DNA of 62,561 nucleotides, filler included, from Nemertoderma westbladi (lineage: Eukaryota; Animalia; Xenacoelomorpha): assembly GCA_032718475.1 (NCBI GenBank). It is 3 parts of 3 records of this genome, joined end to end, with 100 filler letters (N's around TTAATTAATTAA, not from the genome) between each part and the next. Parts side by side here need not be neighbours in the genome. Positions count along the whole stretch, not along the records: positions 1 to 28,414 come from JAUCBJ010006303.1; 2 more parts are not named here. One strand, written 5' to 3'. Below are positions 1 to 14,584 of the stretch, in pieces. A program made the translations under genes and the position numbers. Under the pieces are notes generated by a model, which made no database searches, was not told where the DNA came from, and saw nothing but the letters and a program-made list of their open reading frames with translations. How positions within the stretch are numbered: the first letter of the stretch is position 1; the number at the start of each line of letters is the position of its first letter.

Positions 1-1379
1 TATTTTGGTGAATAATTCATATTGATGATGGTTTCAGGATTTTTGTATGATAGTTTGAATTAGTTAAGGATTACACCTTATTTTGCAACTTTGAATTAAT
101 GAATGTATGAACTTTGAATCATGTTAGTTTATTAACTTTCAAATTTTTTCAAATCTTTTTAAATTTCTGACTCACCCACCCAAGAGGAGTTACGTCAAAC
201 AAACTCTATTCCAAATAGAGATTTTTTTAAATATTCCAATACATGGTGTGTAGGAAGAAATAATACACAAAAAGACAATTAAACAATCAATAATTATGAA
301 TATGGAGAGTGGTGAAGAATTATGAAAACACCAAAACACAGATCAGTGAACATTCACACTATAGGAGCAATAAAGCAGTGAAAATGAGGGCCGCCTGATT
401 GTAACTATTGTATGATACGAAATAATATCAAACAAACACATAGAAAACATGTTGGCTTCCGTTTGAAACAAAAACCAATGACATTGATTGAGCGAAGCGA
501 TTCAAAAAGAAAAACCGACATTTTGTGGAACTACAATAAGCACGTCATTACAATGGTCAATTAATTTACTTAAATTAACGATTAATTGTAAATAATTATT
601 TTAAAAAGTACGAAAATAAATAATAAAATATAGGTAACGATGTAATAAACTCAAGTCACAAAGTTACGTCACACACATAACTACTAAACGTATGGCGTTT
701 AGGGCAATTACAATAACAAAGAACAAAATTATTCAATAGAATGTAACACATGTGTTCAGCTATTATAATGTGGTAATCTCGCGTTAATAACTATACTAAG
801 CACAGCACTACTGTAGATATTAATAAGGGTTCCCGAATGGTAACTCAATTAGACCAAATGGCGCAGACTGAGACTCAGACGTTAAATACCTAATTACGGT
901 AATATAAATTACCTTATAATATTACTTAATAATACTTGTTATTGTTTATATTTGTTGCTATAGTAACGTCACCTGGTGGTGAGTAATTAACTGTTTAAGT
1001 GTATATTGTTTTGTGCAAAGTTTTATTACGTATGTTTTTAGTTTTGTAACAATTATTCGATATGTAATATGTCGTTAGGTGTATAATAATAATACTGCTC
1101 GGGTTTGCCATTATATATTCACCGGTATGTCCATCCATTAATCATATCGAACTCGTTTTAATCTAACGACTAATTTATTAGAACTAACCGTTCGTTACGC
1201 TCCTCATGAACTTCCTCATCGTGACTGTCACGTTCTATTGTCCTTCGATCGTGACACAACCGTGACTGGGACTGTTGTTGCGCCATCTGTATCACTCTAT
1301 TGAATAAACATTTAAAAATGTAATAAATATCTAAATAATTTAGAACAGAAATAAACAAGGTTCTCTTGATAATGTCATC

Positions 1380-1600
1380 ACCAATATATCGAGTCCCATA
1401 AATAGATTCCATCGCATCGGTCATGTAACTCCCCAATTCCATCCCCATTATCCAAACCAGTATATTTTAGTATAAGTTCCAGGAATGTTAACGGCTGACA
1501 ACCACGATTACCCTCGTCTGCCGACAGCCATATAACAAGATTATATACTACAGTCTGATCTGTTAGTTCTACTATACGAAATCCTAACAACCCCATATAG
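1380..1600 (-). mobile_element. Degenerate 3' fragment of an RTE-clade LINE ORF
   Basis: VIWLSADEGNRGCQPLTFLELILKYTGLDNG / MELGSYMTD resembles the RTE C-terminal pattern W.P..G.R.RGR..LTY...L..DTGL....M.DR. Confidence 0.4.
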
Positions 1601-3082
1601 GTAAGCACCACAAAGAGGACAATAATAATAATAAAATAAAAAAATAAAATAATAATTAATTCTAAAATTACCATCATCACATTCTTGGCGATCTTTAGGG
1701 GAAGTGTCAGGATTTAAATTGACACTTTAACCCCCCGCGCGAGGACACGTATATGTACAATGGAAATAAATACGATTTAATTTAGGTTTTACGATTTAAT
1801 TTAGGTTTTAGGAGATAAAGTGTTTATTTTATTTATGTAAACCTCCTGACGGTACACAAATACACTCGGGTCGTAAAGCTGAAAAAGTGATACTTTTCAC
1901 TCAATGATTAAAGTAAATAGTTATTACCACTTGTAAAATAAAAGGGTTCGCCCTTGTGAAGAATACCAGGAGTTTATTGGAAATTTATATATGAAGATTT
2001 TTTATTTTTTTTTAATTTACCTTTATTAAGTGTTTTATACCGCTTATTTCAGTCTTATAACCTGTACATATACTAATTCGTTTATTGTTCTGGTTAGATT
2101 CAGCCCACCTGTAACCTGTGTTTTTGGTGAAAACCTGGTATACTTCACATGGGGGTGGGTAACTGCAAAGGGAAATATAACGGTAGAAAGTCTGGTATTC
2201 TTCACATGGGCCAAAGGGTTGGTCATATTATATTATAATTATAAAAAAAAAACGCTTTATACAAAAGATTTGGCCTACCTTACTATGGCGGGGAAGTCAG
2301 GTGCCAGTGTGTAGAGTCGTTGCAATATAGGTTGATATATTAACCCCGTTGGTAACAAACATTTACAAATAAGCAATCGTATAGGAAACCCTTTAAATTC
2401 TCGTATTATACTTCCAATCTACAAAGTGGAACGAACATTAAATAAGTTTGAATAGCTAAGGAAAACCAAATTAACATTATAGTACTAAAGAAAGGTATGT
2501 ACTTGTCTAATTGTCTATAGGTATTTAACTATGTATAATCGGAATGCTACATTGCTGCGCAGACTTACAAAATTGAGCCGCCACAACTCCCTAATTATTA
2601 TAGGCGACTCTGTTCAAGTATAAAGCTTTGGAGGATAAATTAGACACATTCAATAGGGGGATTTGGTGCCCTCAGCAGTTAATAGAGTCCAGATCTGGTT
2701 CTACTGCTGCTCTAAATAATAGAACATTAATCTTCCGATGTATTCAATGAGATTTCCAAATACTGGGCAGCCCAGATAGATAGTAATAGTTTGTCGTGAT
2801 TAATACAAAAAATTACAAATTATAGTTTTATTGGCCGAACATGATAAGACCTATTATAATGAAATGAGATTTAATGCTATAATATAGCAGTACCATAAGG
2901 ACCATGGGCGGTCATTTATCGTTTTATATCAATTTGTAGCTCTATGTTTACAATATATATAAATAAACATGAAGGAAGAGCCGATAATATGAAATGAATT
3001 AATATGTTTAGCAATGAATTTTGTTGAAGAACAATACTGTATAATATGCTGTCAATTCCATAATAAATTCCCATTGACTTAC

Positions 3083-3228
3083 AGAGGCCATCTTCAATCC
3101 GCTAACAGGTTGACGATTCACTTCGTCGATAACATCGCCTATAGCCAGTCTGTTATCGTCAGCTGTAACGCTGCCTTCCTCCTTGGCGATAATAACCGCT
3201 TTATTGGCGGTATAGCGAACTATCATAC
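3083..3228 (-). CDS. Internal exon encoding most of a PDZ domain
   Basis: ttttccttacag| acceptor and |gtaagt donor. GMIVRYTANKAVIIAKEEGSVTADDNRLAIGDVIDEVNRQPVSGLKMAS fits the PDZ pattern GS.A....L..GD.I.EVN...V.G. Confidence 0.75.
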
Positions 3229-3616
3229 CTGTAAGGAAAATTAGGTAGGGTGTTCGGACACTTGGGGATGAATATTATTGTTGCAATCAAAATTATACCT
3301 CTCCAGGGTAAAATCGACATGCGTCGACCTGTATTCTGTGTTCAGCATTACATATTGACATACATATTACTATACATACTATATATATAGATATTATATA
3401 CACGATATATTCAATTTCCTGGTTACTTGCAATATTTTTAATGGGATTTTGTTGAATTATATAATATTGTAGTAATTTATATATTAATTTGGTTAACATT
3501 CAATACAGCTCCTACTTTAGGCTTAGTCAATTTATTATCTGATGATATAAACATGAATTGATTATTTCAAAACGGTCTCAAAGTCTTTCACCACGGGCAC
3601 ACAGGGAAATAAATAC

Positions 3617-3712
3617 CGGGGTTTGGGGGCAGCAACCCCCAAGAAAAGAAGCGGGGGTTTGGGGGCGGCAGCCCCCAAGAATAGAAGCGGGGGTTTGGGG
3701 GCGGCAGCCCCG
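3617..3712 (+). repeat. Three copies of a ~36-bp G-rich unit (GGGGGTTTGGGGGCGGCAGCCCC)
   Basis: Direct tandem copies visible; probably internal to a transposon. Confidence 0.8.
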
Positions 3713-4067
3713 AATTAAAAGAATAACAAACAAAATTTTACTATAAAAATGTTTCTTTTGAAAAAACTTGTCTAGATACAACTTGTCCTGAACCATCTTT
3801 AACTTTTGTTTATTGCTTTGATGCACCCAGATTAATTGTAACACTTTAACTGGGGGGAAGTGTCCGGGGGGCAAGTGACCGGGGAGGGGGGGAGTGTCCG
3901 GGGGGAAGCTAGATCCTTAGGTAGTTCAGTGTAGATAGGGATACTGAACAATAGTAGGGATACACTGGCAAGAAATGCTATAAAAGTCAACCACCCTGCT
4001 TAAGGTTAACGAAATCCGGTTCCATACACGTACGCAAGTACAACGCTACAATATATTGCGAGGAATT

Positions 4068-4771
4068 AGGACAATTGCCCCCCCCCCCCCCCCCCCCCAC
4101 CCGAGAATTACCCCTCGGACAATTGCCCCCCGCACAATTGCCCCCCGGCCCGGACTATTACCCCCCGATATTTTATTCAAATAATATATTTTTAAATCTT
4201 GAAATCATTTGAATGTTTTCCTATGGTTTTCTGAAATTCAAGTACAGGTGTATATAATTTTAATCTTCATCAACACTTCTAAACTTTAATATTTTTTTTT
4301 TCGAAAAATCCAAGATTTTTCTACAACAATTTGATTTGATCACCATTTCTAAACTTTTAATTGTTATGTGTTTTTCAAAATATGCACGATTTTTTTTCTA
4401 GAACAATTTGATTATCTTTATGCGAGCTATAGCTTTTTCATGATGTTATTTAATGGCTTCAGTGCCATAACATGATATTTTTATTGTAATGAAATACAAC
4501 ATAATGAAATACATCCAAAATATCGGAATTATTGAGCACACAAATAAAGCAACAAGGATTTCTAATTAATAATATAAAACGGACTTAGGTTAGGGGGACT
4601 AAATAGCTTGTTAGGAACGACCTTATTTATTTTGAAATTTTTCTTGGAGTCAATTTATTGTTTGGTGGGTAAGTATAATTGGGGGGAAAAATAATCAGGG
4701 GGAATAGTCCGGGGGGGGGGGGGGCAATGGACCGGGGGGAAATTGTCTGGGGGGCAATAGTCCTGGGGGCC
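4068..4771. mobile_element. Non-autonomous element bounded by inverted arrays of GGACAATTGCCCCC
   Basis: Forward array at 4069-4167, reverse-complement array at ~4700-4763, AT-rich interior. Related array at 3850-3907. Confidence 0.6.
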
Positions 4772-6425
4772 AACAATCAGACAGTATATGGATAGATATT
4801 ATGTGGCTAGTACAATAAACGAAAGTCAATAAAACCGATTAGACTTTTATTTTTGGGAGTAATCATCCGTTACTTGCGTCGACCTTCCCGGGTAACCTTT
4901 TGATTGCGTCGATTCCCCTCCTGTCTCATATAATTAGCTCGGTAGGTCGGTATCCCTAGTAGAGTACCGGTCGGTACCTTGCTTTATTATATTTGCTTTT
5001 TTTACACAGCAGGATTAATATTCAGTTATAGTAGCTTGGGTAAGGTACTGCTGCACTGTCAGACTGTAGATTTGGATATTTATTTCTACGTTGCGCCATC
5101 GGCGCTACAGAAATGTAATGTAATAGAATGAAAAAGAATGTACATGCCAATGGAATTACAGTGGTCTGAGAATGAATAAACCAATCCTAGGTTGTTGCGC
5201 CAATGCTGACGAATTGTTGCGCTGTAGCGCCATTGCGTGTTTTCCAGGAAACCATGGTGGGCGACGTTTTCTTAACTAATTTTTCAGCATACAGCTCATA
5301 TATTAAGAAAATGAAACTAAATTGTTGATACTGGGACCGGAACGTAATTTCGACCCCTGCCATATACCGGTACATACAGATAGGATGTATGCTACAATCA
5401 AGGACTAGGCCTACTGAAGCAAGGACTGGCACACAGTAAATCCAGAGTTCGCTAGCGAAGGCCATGTTGCTTTTGTTACTGGTAACCAGTTTGAATGATA
5501 AACATACACATTCTGGGGTAAAAAATTATGGAGAATCTATTTCTGGTATTAGTAGTATAGTAGTCTTCTTCAGTAGTCCTTGGCCACAATGTGTAAAAAA
5601 AAGTTACCAGTACTTAGGTGTTTATAAACAGTAGGCCTAAGGTGCTACATTACATATGTAGTAGGCTAAAGCACAATCATAATACCGGAACTTGAATAGG
5701 CCCATCCCATCCAGCAGACTGGATGGGGTAGCTGCCGGACGTGGTAGGTAGGCCAAATACAGTAATACCGGTACTTAATACTACAGTAGTAACATCCTTC
5801 TTGACGATCTGCACGTGATCCACAATTTTAATGAGGATGTCGCGACGTTTTTTCGAGAGATTGGGGACCCACGAATTACACAAAATATCCAAAAACTGTT
5901 CAAAAATACCTTAATTAACTGTAAGCTGGTAAGGGAACAGTTTTCTTTTGGGTATTTTTGAAAAATTTGGGTGTCTTTTTGGGTGTTTTGGTGGGGGTTT
6001 TTGGTAATTCGCAGGACCAGGAACTTCTGCCTAAGAAAACCAAGGATACAATGATAATAGTCGGTGATACATTTTTACAAATAAAACAATATATTCGATA
6101 TAAAACGTGGTACCGTACCGGAAAACACTCTATTCCCACTCATTTTCTTTAGCAAAATTCAGATATTCTGCTCACATAGTTAGTTACTTACAATAAACTT
6201 TTGGCACGGTTTTCACTTTTGTAACAATTTTTTACATACCAATATACACTACATTGTTTGGTGTATTGTTATTGTTTTTACATAATGCATAAATAAATCG
6301 TTATCTATATAATGTGGCTCGCCACATTTACACAATGTAGATTATTTCATTGACTAATTAATATACTGGTACTTCAGACAACTAAGTCAGCTTATGGCGT
6401 TTCATTCAGACATTAGCTCTGCACC

Positions 6426-6939
6426 CAAGGCGTACTATATACAAGGCCATGCCATCGAGTTAACTAGGGATTTTTTTAAGATTTTTTTTACAGCAATTTA
6501 ATATTTTGATATGGAGAGATTTCTATAAATTTTCATTTGCTGCAATTTGATCAATGGAGTAAGATACAATCTGTAAGATACAAAATTTTATGATGGTAGC
6601 TAGTGTTTTAGGTAGGTTTAGCTAGTAATTTCAACACTGGTTCCGATATCCTATTTCCTTCTATAAATATTTTGTAGTAGCTAGTTCTCATTACTATTTG
6701 TATAGAAAATGTTCCAGAAGATGTTAGCTATTCATTTTTAAAAAAATTATGTTCTAGAACAAATATTCTCTGTTTTAGAACATTTTTTAGAAACAAATCT
6801 GGATTCTATTTAAAACGCATGGAATCGTTCTAAAACGTGTTTAAAATCAATAAAATCAAATTGTTGTAAACAAAATCTTGCCCCCAATCACCGCCCCAGG
6901 GTTAACTCGATGGCATGGCCTTGTATATAGTACGCCTTG
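6426..6939. mobile_element. hAT-type MITE (514 bp)
   Basis: Perfect 39-bp TIRs (CAAGGCGTACTATATACAAGGCCATGCCATCGAGTTAAC) and an 8-bp TSD TCTGCACC/TCTGCAAC. The paralog has an empty site with a single TCTGCAAC at 22327-22334. Confidence 0.9.
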
Positions 6940-7279
6940 TCTGCAACCCAGCGTCAGCGTACAGCATTCTACCGTCATAGCGTAGCATTGTATGGGTTGT
7001 ATAATTATAAATATACTGCAACTACTACATAATATTAAATTATAATTATATCTACGGAAACAAATAAATTATTCAACATTTATTTAGTTTTTTTAGATAA
7101 CATTAATAGGTAAAGGTAATATATTCGTAGTGTAGCAGCTAATTAATATATTCAACATTCCAATTACATATTAGGAAACTAAATATGTTTCACTGTTACA
7201 CTGCAGAACTGATATTCAGCTGAATGTGTGAAATTGTTAAAGGAATTATACAAGGCTACACTGGTATTAGTGCAGCGGC

Positions 7280-9200
7280 ATTACTATGTTATGGCATATG
7301 GGTACCCACTTTTTGACCATTTATTTGACAATGTTATTGGCTATTATCATGAGGTTTTTTGTTTTAGAACATAAATGTCATCTTCTATGAGACGTTAGCT
7401 AGTGTTTTTTTATGGTAGCTACTGTTTTTAAAATTACAAAACCACATTTTTGGTACCTAATTTTTGATCAATTTTTGACCATGTTAATGGATATTATCAT
7501 GATGTTTTGTGTCCTAGAACGTCAATTTCGGTAACAGTTCGGTATAGAACTGCATTTTTATAACATAAATCATTGTTACCATGGCAACAGTGAAGAGTTC
7601 TAGAACAAAAAATATATAATATACACTATTCTAGAACAAAAATAAAATAAAAAAATTATTGTTCTAGAACATATAGCTAGTAATTTTTAAAATTTATAAT
7701 AGCTAGTAATAAAAAAATATTTATTTATTTATATTATTATTAAAAAAATGTTATCTACCGGTACCAAATTGTACTATTTGTTAAATTTACTAGCTATTTT
7801 AAAATTAAAAAAACAAGCTATATTTTTTTAGAACATCATTATTTTTTATTTTATTTATGTAATATTATATGTATTATACACTATTCTAGAGCATAAATAA
7901 TACAATTAATATAATCTTCTAGAACATATAGCTAGTTATTTTTCAAATTTAAAATAGCTAGTAATACAAAAAAAATTATTTATTTATATTAATTATTTAT
8001 TAGAAAATTTATCTACCAAATTTGATATTTTTTAAATTTACTAGCTATTTTAAAATTAAAAAAAAGCTAGCTCTCTGTTCTAGAACATTATATTTTTTAT
8101 TTTATTTATGTTCTAGAATAATATATAATACTTTTCTATTGTTCTAGAACTCTACAATGTTGCCATAATAACAAAGACAATGTTTTAAAAATGCTGTTCT
8201 ATACGGAACTCTAGCCTAAATTTCACCTTCTGAGAGAGGTTACCGTACCTATTATTTTTTATTATGGTAGTTAGGGTTTTTAAAGGTAGCTAGCTGCTAG
8301 TGATCTTAAAATTACAAAATACAATTTTGGACCACGTTAATGGATATTATCATGATGTTTTTTTGTTGTAAAACATACATTTCACCTTCTAAGAGAGGTT
8401 AGCTATTATTTTTTATTATGGTAGCTAGTGTTCTTGAAGGTAGCTGTGGGCACTATGTTATGGGTACCCACTTTTTAAACAAATTTTTCATATGAAAACG
8501 GCTTTTATCATGAGGTTTTTTGTTCTAGAACAAATATTTAACTTTCTGCCAGTACGATGGTAGCTAGTAATTGTGATTTTGTGTTAGCCAGTACTTTTTA
8601 TTAGCTAGTGAAAAAAATTATAATTGAAAAATTGAAAAAAATTTGACCAACTTTTTTCTTGTAAAAATGTAGGCCTATTTTATTATGAGGTTTTTTTTAT
8701 CTAGAACAAATATTTGACCTTCTGACAATAAGATGGTAGCTAGTACCGGTACTTTTGATTTTGTGTTAGCTAGTACTTTTTATTAGCTAGTGAAAAAAAT
8801 TTAAGATATAAGTTAATTTTCAATTATATTATATATTTGCCTGGAATAATTTATGAGTCATGGTAGCTAGTAATTTTTATTTGATAGTAAAAGTAGGCCT
8901 AGCTAGTAATTATTCACTAGCTAGTTTTTTATACAAAATTAGGCAGGTCCAAAATACAGTTATTACTATTCAGAAATGTAAATTATAGACATTTTTATTA
9001 TACTCAGTCAGAACACTCACTGTGCTTATCGTGTTTAATAATAATATTTTCTTGATCTTTTCCAGAGCATCCAAAAAAAATTCTAGATTTATTTATCTTT
9101 TTATTGGTCATTTCTAGAATATATTGATGATACGGAAATTGCCTAAATAAAAGGGGCACTACAAATTGTCTTTTGTAATTTTAAGATCAGTAGCTGGCAC
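7280..9200. repeat. AT-rich complex repeat built from GTTCTAGAAC and TAGCTAG motifs, with a fold-back and an internal tandem duplication
   Basis: 7536-7640 is inverted at 8110-8210; tandem pair at 7622-7860/7877-8110. The same motif family recurs at 6580-6800, 10560-11100, 22790-22940, 24400-24480 and 27195-27830. Confidence 0.7.
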
Positions 9201-9224
9201 TACTATGACACTATGTTATGGGTA

Positions 9225-10457
9225 GGGTGAGTAAGGGAGACTTGATTTTAGGGGAGACTTGATTTGTTTTTAATAACTCAAAAACTATTGTAAATTATTT
9301 GACAATACCACACAAAAATGTGTAAAATACATGTTGTCTACACCCGCGCAACAATGTTTTATTACGTTTTGGTTATTTTTTGTTTTATTGTCAATAAACG
9401 TTTTCTGGGTTCAAAAGTAAATTTTTGCCCTTTACAACGAATGAAAATTCGCATCCTTATTTTACTGTATGTTAATTGTAATTCACAACATGTGTTGACT
9501 AATTATTGCACTATCCTGCCATATATTGTTTTCCAGTATCGGTTCAGCCGTTTTGAAATTATATATCAATTAATATAATATAAAAAAAGCCCATGTGGGG
9601 AGACATGACGCCCGAGTGTTAGGGAGACTTGAAGCCTTCAATGCTGACGTCTACCTAGAGATACACCCACGTAGAGAACCATTACACCAGAGCACTCCAA
9701 CCAGTTGATCGGCACTTACACAGACCAAGCTATCAATGGAATGTGAATACAATGGAGTGGCCAGAGAAAGAGAGAGAGAGGCCTTGATAAACCCAGCCAA
9801 GCCAAGCCAACCAACTCTTCCTTCCCTCTTTGCAATGTAGTTAGTAGCCCGCCAACTGGGTGATTGACAGCTTAAACAAGATGCCACTTTGTCAGAAAGC
9901 GGCACACATCAATAGAATTACAGGAAAACAATTAATATGTGCCTGGATTGAAAATTATACAAGATATTCATTAATAAAAAGTACCTTCCCGCGTTAAAAT
10001 TTAATGCGGTTTTAATGAAATATTATTTATTCAGTTCTTGTTGGGAGAACCATGTGAACGACCCCCTAAATTTGTATACAATTTTGGATAATAATTTATC
10101 AATTTAACAATCGAATTTTTAGAATTGTTTTTGCTCTACTAGAAAATAGACACGTTGAACATGAAATTATTACACTTCTTATGTATTTTTGAACGAATTT
10201 ACAAATATGCTGGGTGGGGTTCAAGTCTCCCATCCTAGGTGTTATGTCTTCCCCCATTGAGGGAGACTTAACGCTTTTTCGAAAATACGAATAATTGGTT
10301 TAATTTAAAAAGATTAAGAGTTGAAATTCTCAAACTCTCACATAATGATAGCAATCATAAATGTAATGTGATAAAGTTAAAACGGCATTGAAAAATTAAT
10401 TTATCTCTTCTTTAGAGCGATTATAACTTTTGGGTTTCAAGTCTCCCTCACTCACCC
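9225..10457. mobile_element. Non-autonomous Tc1/mariner/pogo-type element with TA target duplication
   Basis: TIR GGGTGAGT(A/G)AGGGAGACTTGA with TA on both sides (9223-9224, 10458-10459). It splits the motif ATGGGTACCCAC that is intact at 7298 and 8460. Internal GGGAGACTTGA repeats occur in both orientations. Confidence 0.85.
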
Positions 10458-11269
10458 TACCCACGAAGGAGTAGACCTCACAAAGGTACTACTAGCATAT
10501 GTGTCTCAAATTGTTACTGATTTTTTTAAAATTAAGTTGTATGATGATTTCTGTACTATTTAATTTTTTTTCCAAGAAATGTTCTAGAACAAAAAAAATG
10601 TGTTGTAGAACAAAAAATGTGTTCTAGAACAAAAATATTTATCAAAGTTTATAGCTAACACGTGTTATGTGAACAGTTCCGTATGCAGACGCATTTTTAA
10701 AACATAAATCATTGTTACCATGCAAAAAATGTAAACTGCTATAATATCATTGTGTATCAATTTTTTTGGTCATTAATATATTCTGCAACAGTTTAAACCT
10801 GAAATATCAATGTTTTCACATTTTTTTATAATTACAAAAGATACTAGCCAGTAAAAAAAACACTAACTACCATAAAAAAAACATATCTACAAATGTTCTA
10901 AAAAATTTCATTAAATAATATCAAAATATCAAATCCGACTGCATACGGAACTCTAGCCCGTGTTATATATCATTTATAAAAAAATTTGAAAAACTAGCTG
11001 GTATAAAAATAAAAAATGTGTTCTAGAACAAAAAATATGTACTGGAACAAAAATATTTATCAAAATTGATAGCTAACGCGTGTTCTTGAACAAAAAAATG
11101 ATACAATCGACCATAATATATATAAATATAAGTGACAATTGGTCCTAAAATACAGCATAAAAAATCAATAAAAATTTGGGACACATATATGCCAGTAGTA
11201 CCTGCTGCGCACCAGTGCTATATATAGGAATAAGAATGTACGTACATGTAGGCTGATACCTGTCACAAA

Positions 11270-13690
11270 ATGGCTGCGAAGCATAATGTGGCATCAAACC
11301 TGGATGTAGGATTGGTTCATCAATTTTCAAAGATGAAAGAGATGTATTCTTCGCGCTTAGATATAAATTGTACATCAAAATTACAAGAAATCGAAAATAA
11401 ATTAACACTTGTCAACGCAAATTATACAAGGTTCCTTACGTTTATAGAAGAAGAATGCAATTCACTGTCCGATTTTGCCAAAGAGGCAAACCTGAACAAA
11501 TTACATAAAACACTGGAGATGATTGTAGAAAAACAAATTGATATATTACAGAAACATATTAATTATTACTATTTATCCACCTCTCTGCCCAGTGCAGAGA
11601 TAAACCACTTAAAAACTTTATATACCCTTGGGAGAGATCTCGACTCCTTTGACGAAAAATGGACAAGTGAACTTTTGGAAGAAGCAGCGAGTATTATACA
11701 AATCACCCCAAAAGAACTTACTCAAATTCTACGCAGTAGGTGCAAATTTTAAAAGAGAATGGTTTCTTGGGCCAGTAAAAAGTAAACCATCCGTCCAACA
11801 TGAGTTAAATACGAGCAGTGTGCAAGCAGAAGACTATAACAGATATAGACTATAGACACATAATTTACAGCAAGGAATGGAACAATATCACCAGTTCCCT
11901 CTGCCACCAATAATCCGTGGCACTATACAACCTGTTCCATCTCAAAGTGCCAACTATATGCAATCGGGACTGTTTCAAACTCATCATGTACAGCAAGGAA
12001 TGGAACAATATCACCAGTTCCCTCTGCCACCAATAATCCGTGGCACTATACAACCTGTTCCATCTCAAAGTGCCAACTATATGCAATCGGGACTGTTTCA
12101 AACTCATCATGTACAGCAAGGAATGGAACAATATCACCAGTTCTCTCTGCCACCAATAATCCGTGGCACTATACAACCTGTTCCATCTCAAAGTGCCAAC
12201 TATATGCAATCGGGACTGTTTCAAACTCATCATGTACAGCAAGGAATGGAACAATATCACCAGTTCCCTCTGCCACCAATAATCCGTGGCACTATACAAC
12301 CTGTTCCATCTCAAAGTGCCAACTATATGCAATCGGGACTATTTCAACCTCATCATGTAGAGCAAGGAGTGGAACAAAGTCAACCGTTCCTTCAGCCTCA
12401 AGGGACTATACTGTCCGCTCTGCCACCAATAAACCCTGGCCCTATACAACTTGGACCATGTCAAAGTGACCATTTGCACATAGGAGTTCTTCAAAGTCAA
12501 CATACGCAGCTAGACCATAAGAAAATGCATTTAGCCATTAATTCGTAATAGGGGTGATTATGAACGAGAATGAAACATACTCTGGTCATTGTGAAGATAT
12601 ATTCAACAAAAATGGGGGCATATAAAACCTACAAAACTGAGTAAAACTGTTGTATTCTTTCTTACATCAAAAATCCATAGTAATGGATACCATAGCAATA
12701 AACCATATGCTTATGAAGCTACATGGTTTAGTGTTCAAGGAGAGGATGCCTGTTGCTCAGGACGCAGATATGAAAAACCAATCCTAGAGGAGGACACAAC
12801 TTATTTAGGTCGTTGTATGTACTATTCTGAAATAAATATGTATGGGTATATAATGGCATTATTAGTTAACAACAACAAAAAATTTCTTTGTGACTGCCAC
12901 AATATATACTTCCTTCAAAGTAAAATCCATATGAATAATTATCGTTGGCTAAGGAATTTACATGGCAGACAAATTTTATTCCAGTATAAATATGATTCAA
13001 TCGGAAAAAGACATGCCACATGTGTTACTTTACCTGATGATACCTCATGCCAGGTAGCTCGAAATATTAACATGCGACAAAAATACGCTGCCAACATTGT
13101 TCATCATGATACAGTGAATGATGATATCCTGAAGGAAGGTGAAACATACAATGGCCGAGTACAATTTATGATTGGGAAACATTATTGGTTGACTATACCG
13201 GAAGTAAATGGAGTGGAACTTTGTAAATGTTTTTCTATGTTTACTCAACGTAGTAGCATCCATATTAATGGGCATCGGAAGTCACTCGAGAACAATGCAC
13301 ATGTTAAATTTCGGTTCATCACTCAAAGTGGAAGAAGCAAAGCCTCAATAGTTACAGTGGCAGAAGGCAGTGGGGAAATTGCCTATGAATTGGATGTTAC
13401 AAAAACATATAATGGTCAGCTTCATTATCATCATGAATATGATACAGACTATTATGAAGTTATAATTCCGAAAATTGATGGGAATGAATTGTGTAAATGT
13501 TACGACATATATTTTCATCGCAAATATACTACTATAATTGATAAAGTGCAGGTAATTTTTGACATGAAAGCTCATCCCGTTAAATTTCAGTTGCAGAAAA
13601 CAATAAAAGGGTAGCAACATGGATGCAATTCATTTGAATGGAGTATTGGAGAGATATTGAAGATCCAGGTGTAATATTCGTTTATGTCAT
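11270..13690 (+). pseudogene. Disrupted intronless gene, copy A (helical N-terminus, Q/P-rich repeats, tandem cold-shock/OB-like repeats)
   Basis: Consecutive ORFs 11270-11752, 11877-12548 and 12817-13614 align with the paralog. Lesions: +1 frameshift near 11745, stop at 12546, and a deletion near 12690 relative to copy B. Confidence 0.7.
11866..12370 (+). repeat. In-frame 123-bp (41-aa) tandem repeat, about 4 copies
   Basis: ATGGAACAATATCAC recurs at 11877, 12000, 12123 and 12246; unit MEQYHQFPLPPIIRGTIQPVPSQSANYMQSGLFQTHHVQQG. Confidence 0.95.
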
Positions 13691-14584
13691 AAGATAATAA
13701 ATATAATTTTGGGCGGCAATTAATAAAAGGTCAATAGTGGTTGTAGCTTCTGTAATTTTTCTTCTGAATGTTAAGTAACCTAGTAAATAGAATAATACTA
13801 CCGTATTGTAGTTTAACTTATTTATTTTTTTAAAGGTAAGTCCCATACCGTCATCAAACACAGCACGACTACGCCACTTCATGATCCAACATTTTGTTCA
13901 GTTATGTTTTAGAATATCCCACAAATGTTGGTAGTATATTTTAAGTTAATTGACCGCAAACAAAACAACTGTGTGTTTAGTAGGAGATGGTTTCAGGTTA
14001 TCATCAGCTTGGCTACATCTTGTACAGTACATATTAGAGTTGAAACTACCCGGAGAATTATTTTGAAAAATACCGGAGACCAGAGCCGGAGATTAGAGAC
14101 TTTGCTTATTTTTGTACTTACAATTTGATTACTTCCCTATAGCACAAACAGGTACATACGGCCTTATAACTATTTTTCTATGCTTCAATTACAGTAAAGT
14201 AAATCCAACCCATTTCAACCCTTACTTACTTACCCATTGTAAGAAAATAAGCGCACGTACAGTTTGGGGGGCTTAATTAATATTAATTTGGTTATTTGTT
14301 TATTAATTCGTTTTATTTTGTTATTGTTAATAACATGTTACATTAATTTGTTTTGCGCCATAGGTACCGGTACTTTGTTAATTAAAGGCACTTATTTTAC
14401 AATTGTTCAAATCATATATACATTTCAATATACTATAAACTTAGTCATTTACGAATACTTATTGCACAGGTATAGTGCTTTATTCGGCCCATTTACAAGC
14501 CTCGATACCGGAGACGGGGGGGGGGGGGGGGGGGGACGACTCGACGCAAAACCCACCATGGCGAATTAATTAATACCCCGCCGC

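Noticed and set aside
967-979. Single CTCF-like motif (CCACCAGGTGACG on the minus strand)
   Set aside because: One imperfect match with no supporting context.
2044-2115. Next PDZ exon (VTGGLNLTRTINELVYVQVIRLK)
   Set aside because: Phase-compatible, but it has no polypyrimidine tract and an immediate stop; not supportable without transcripts.
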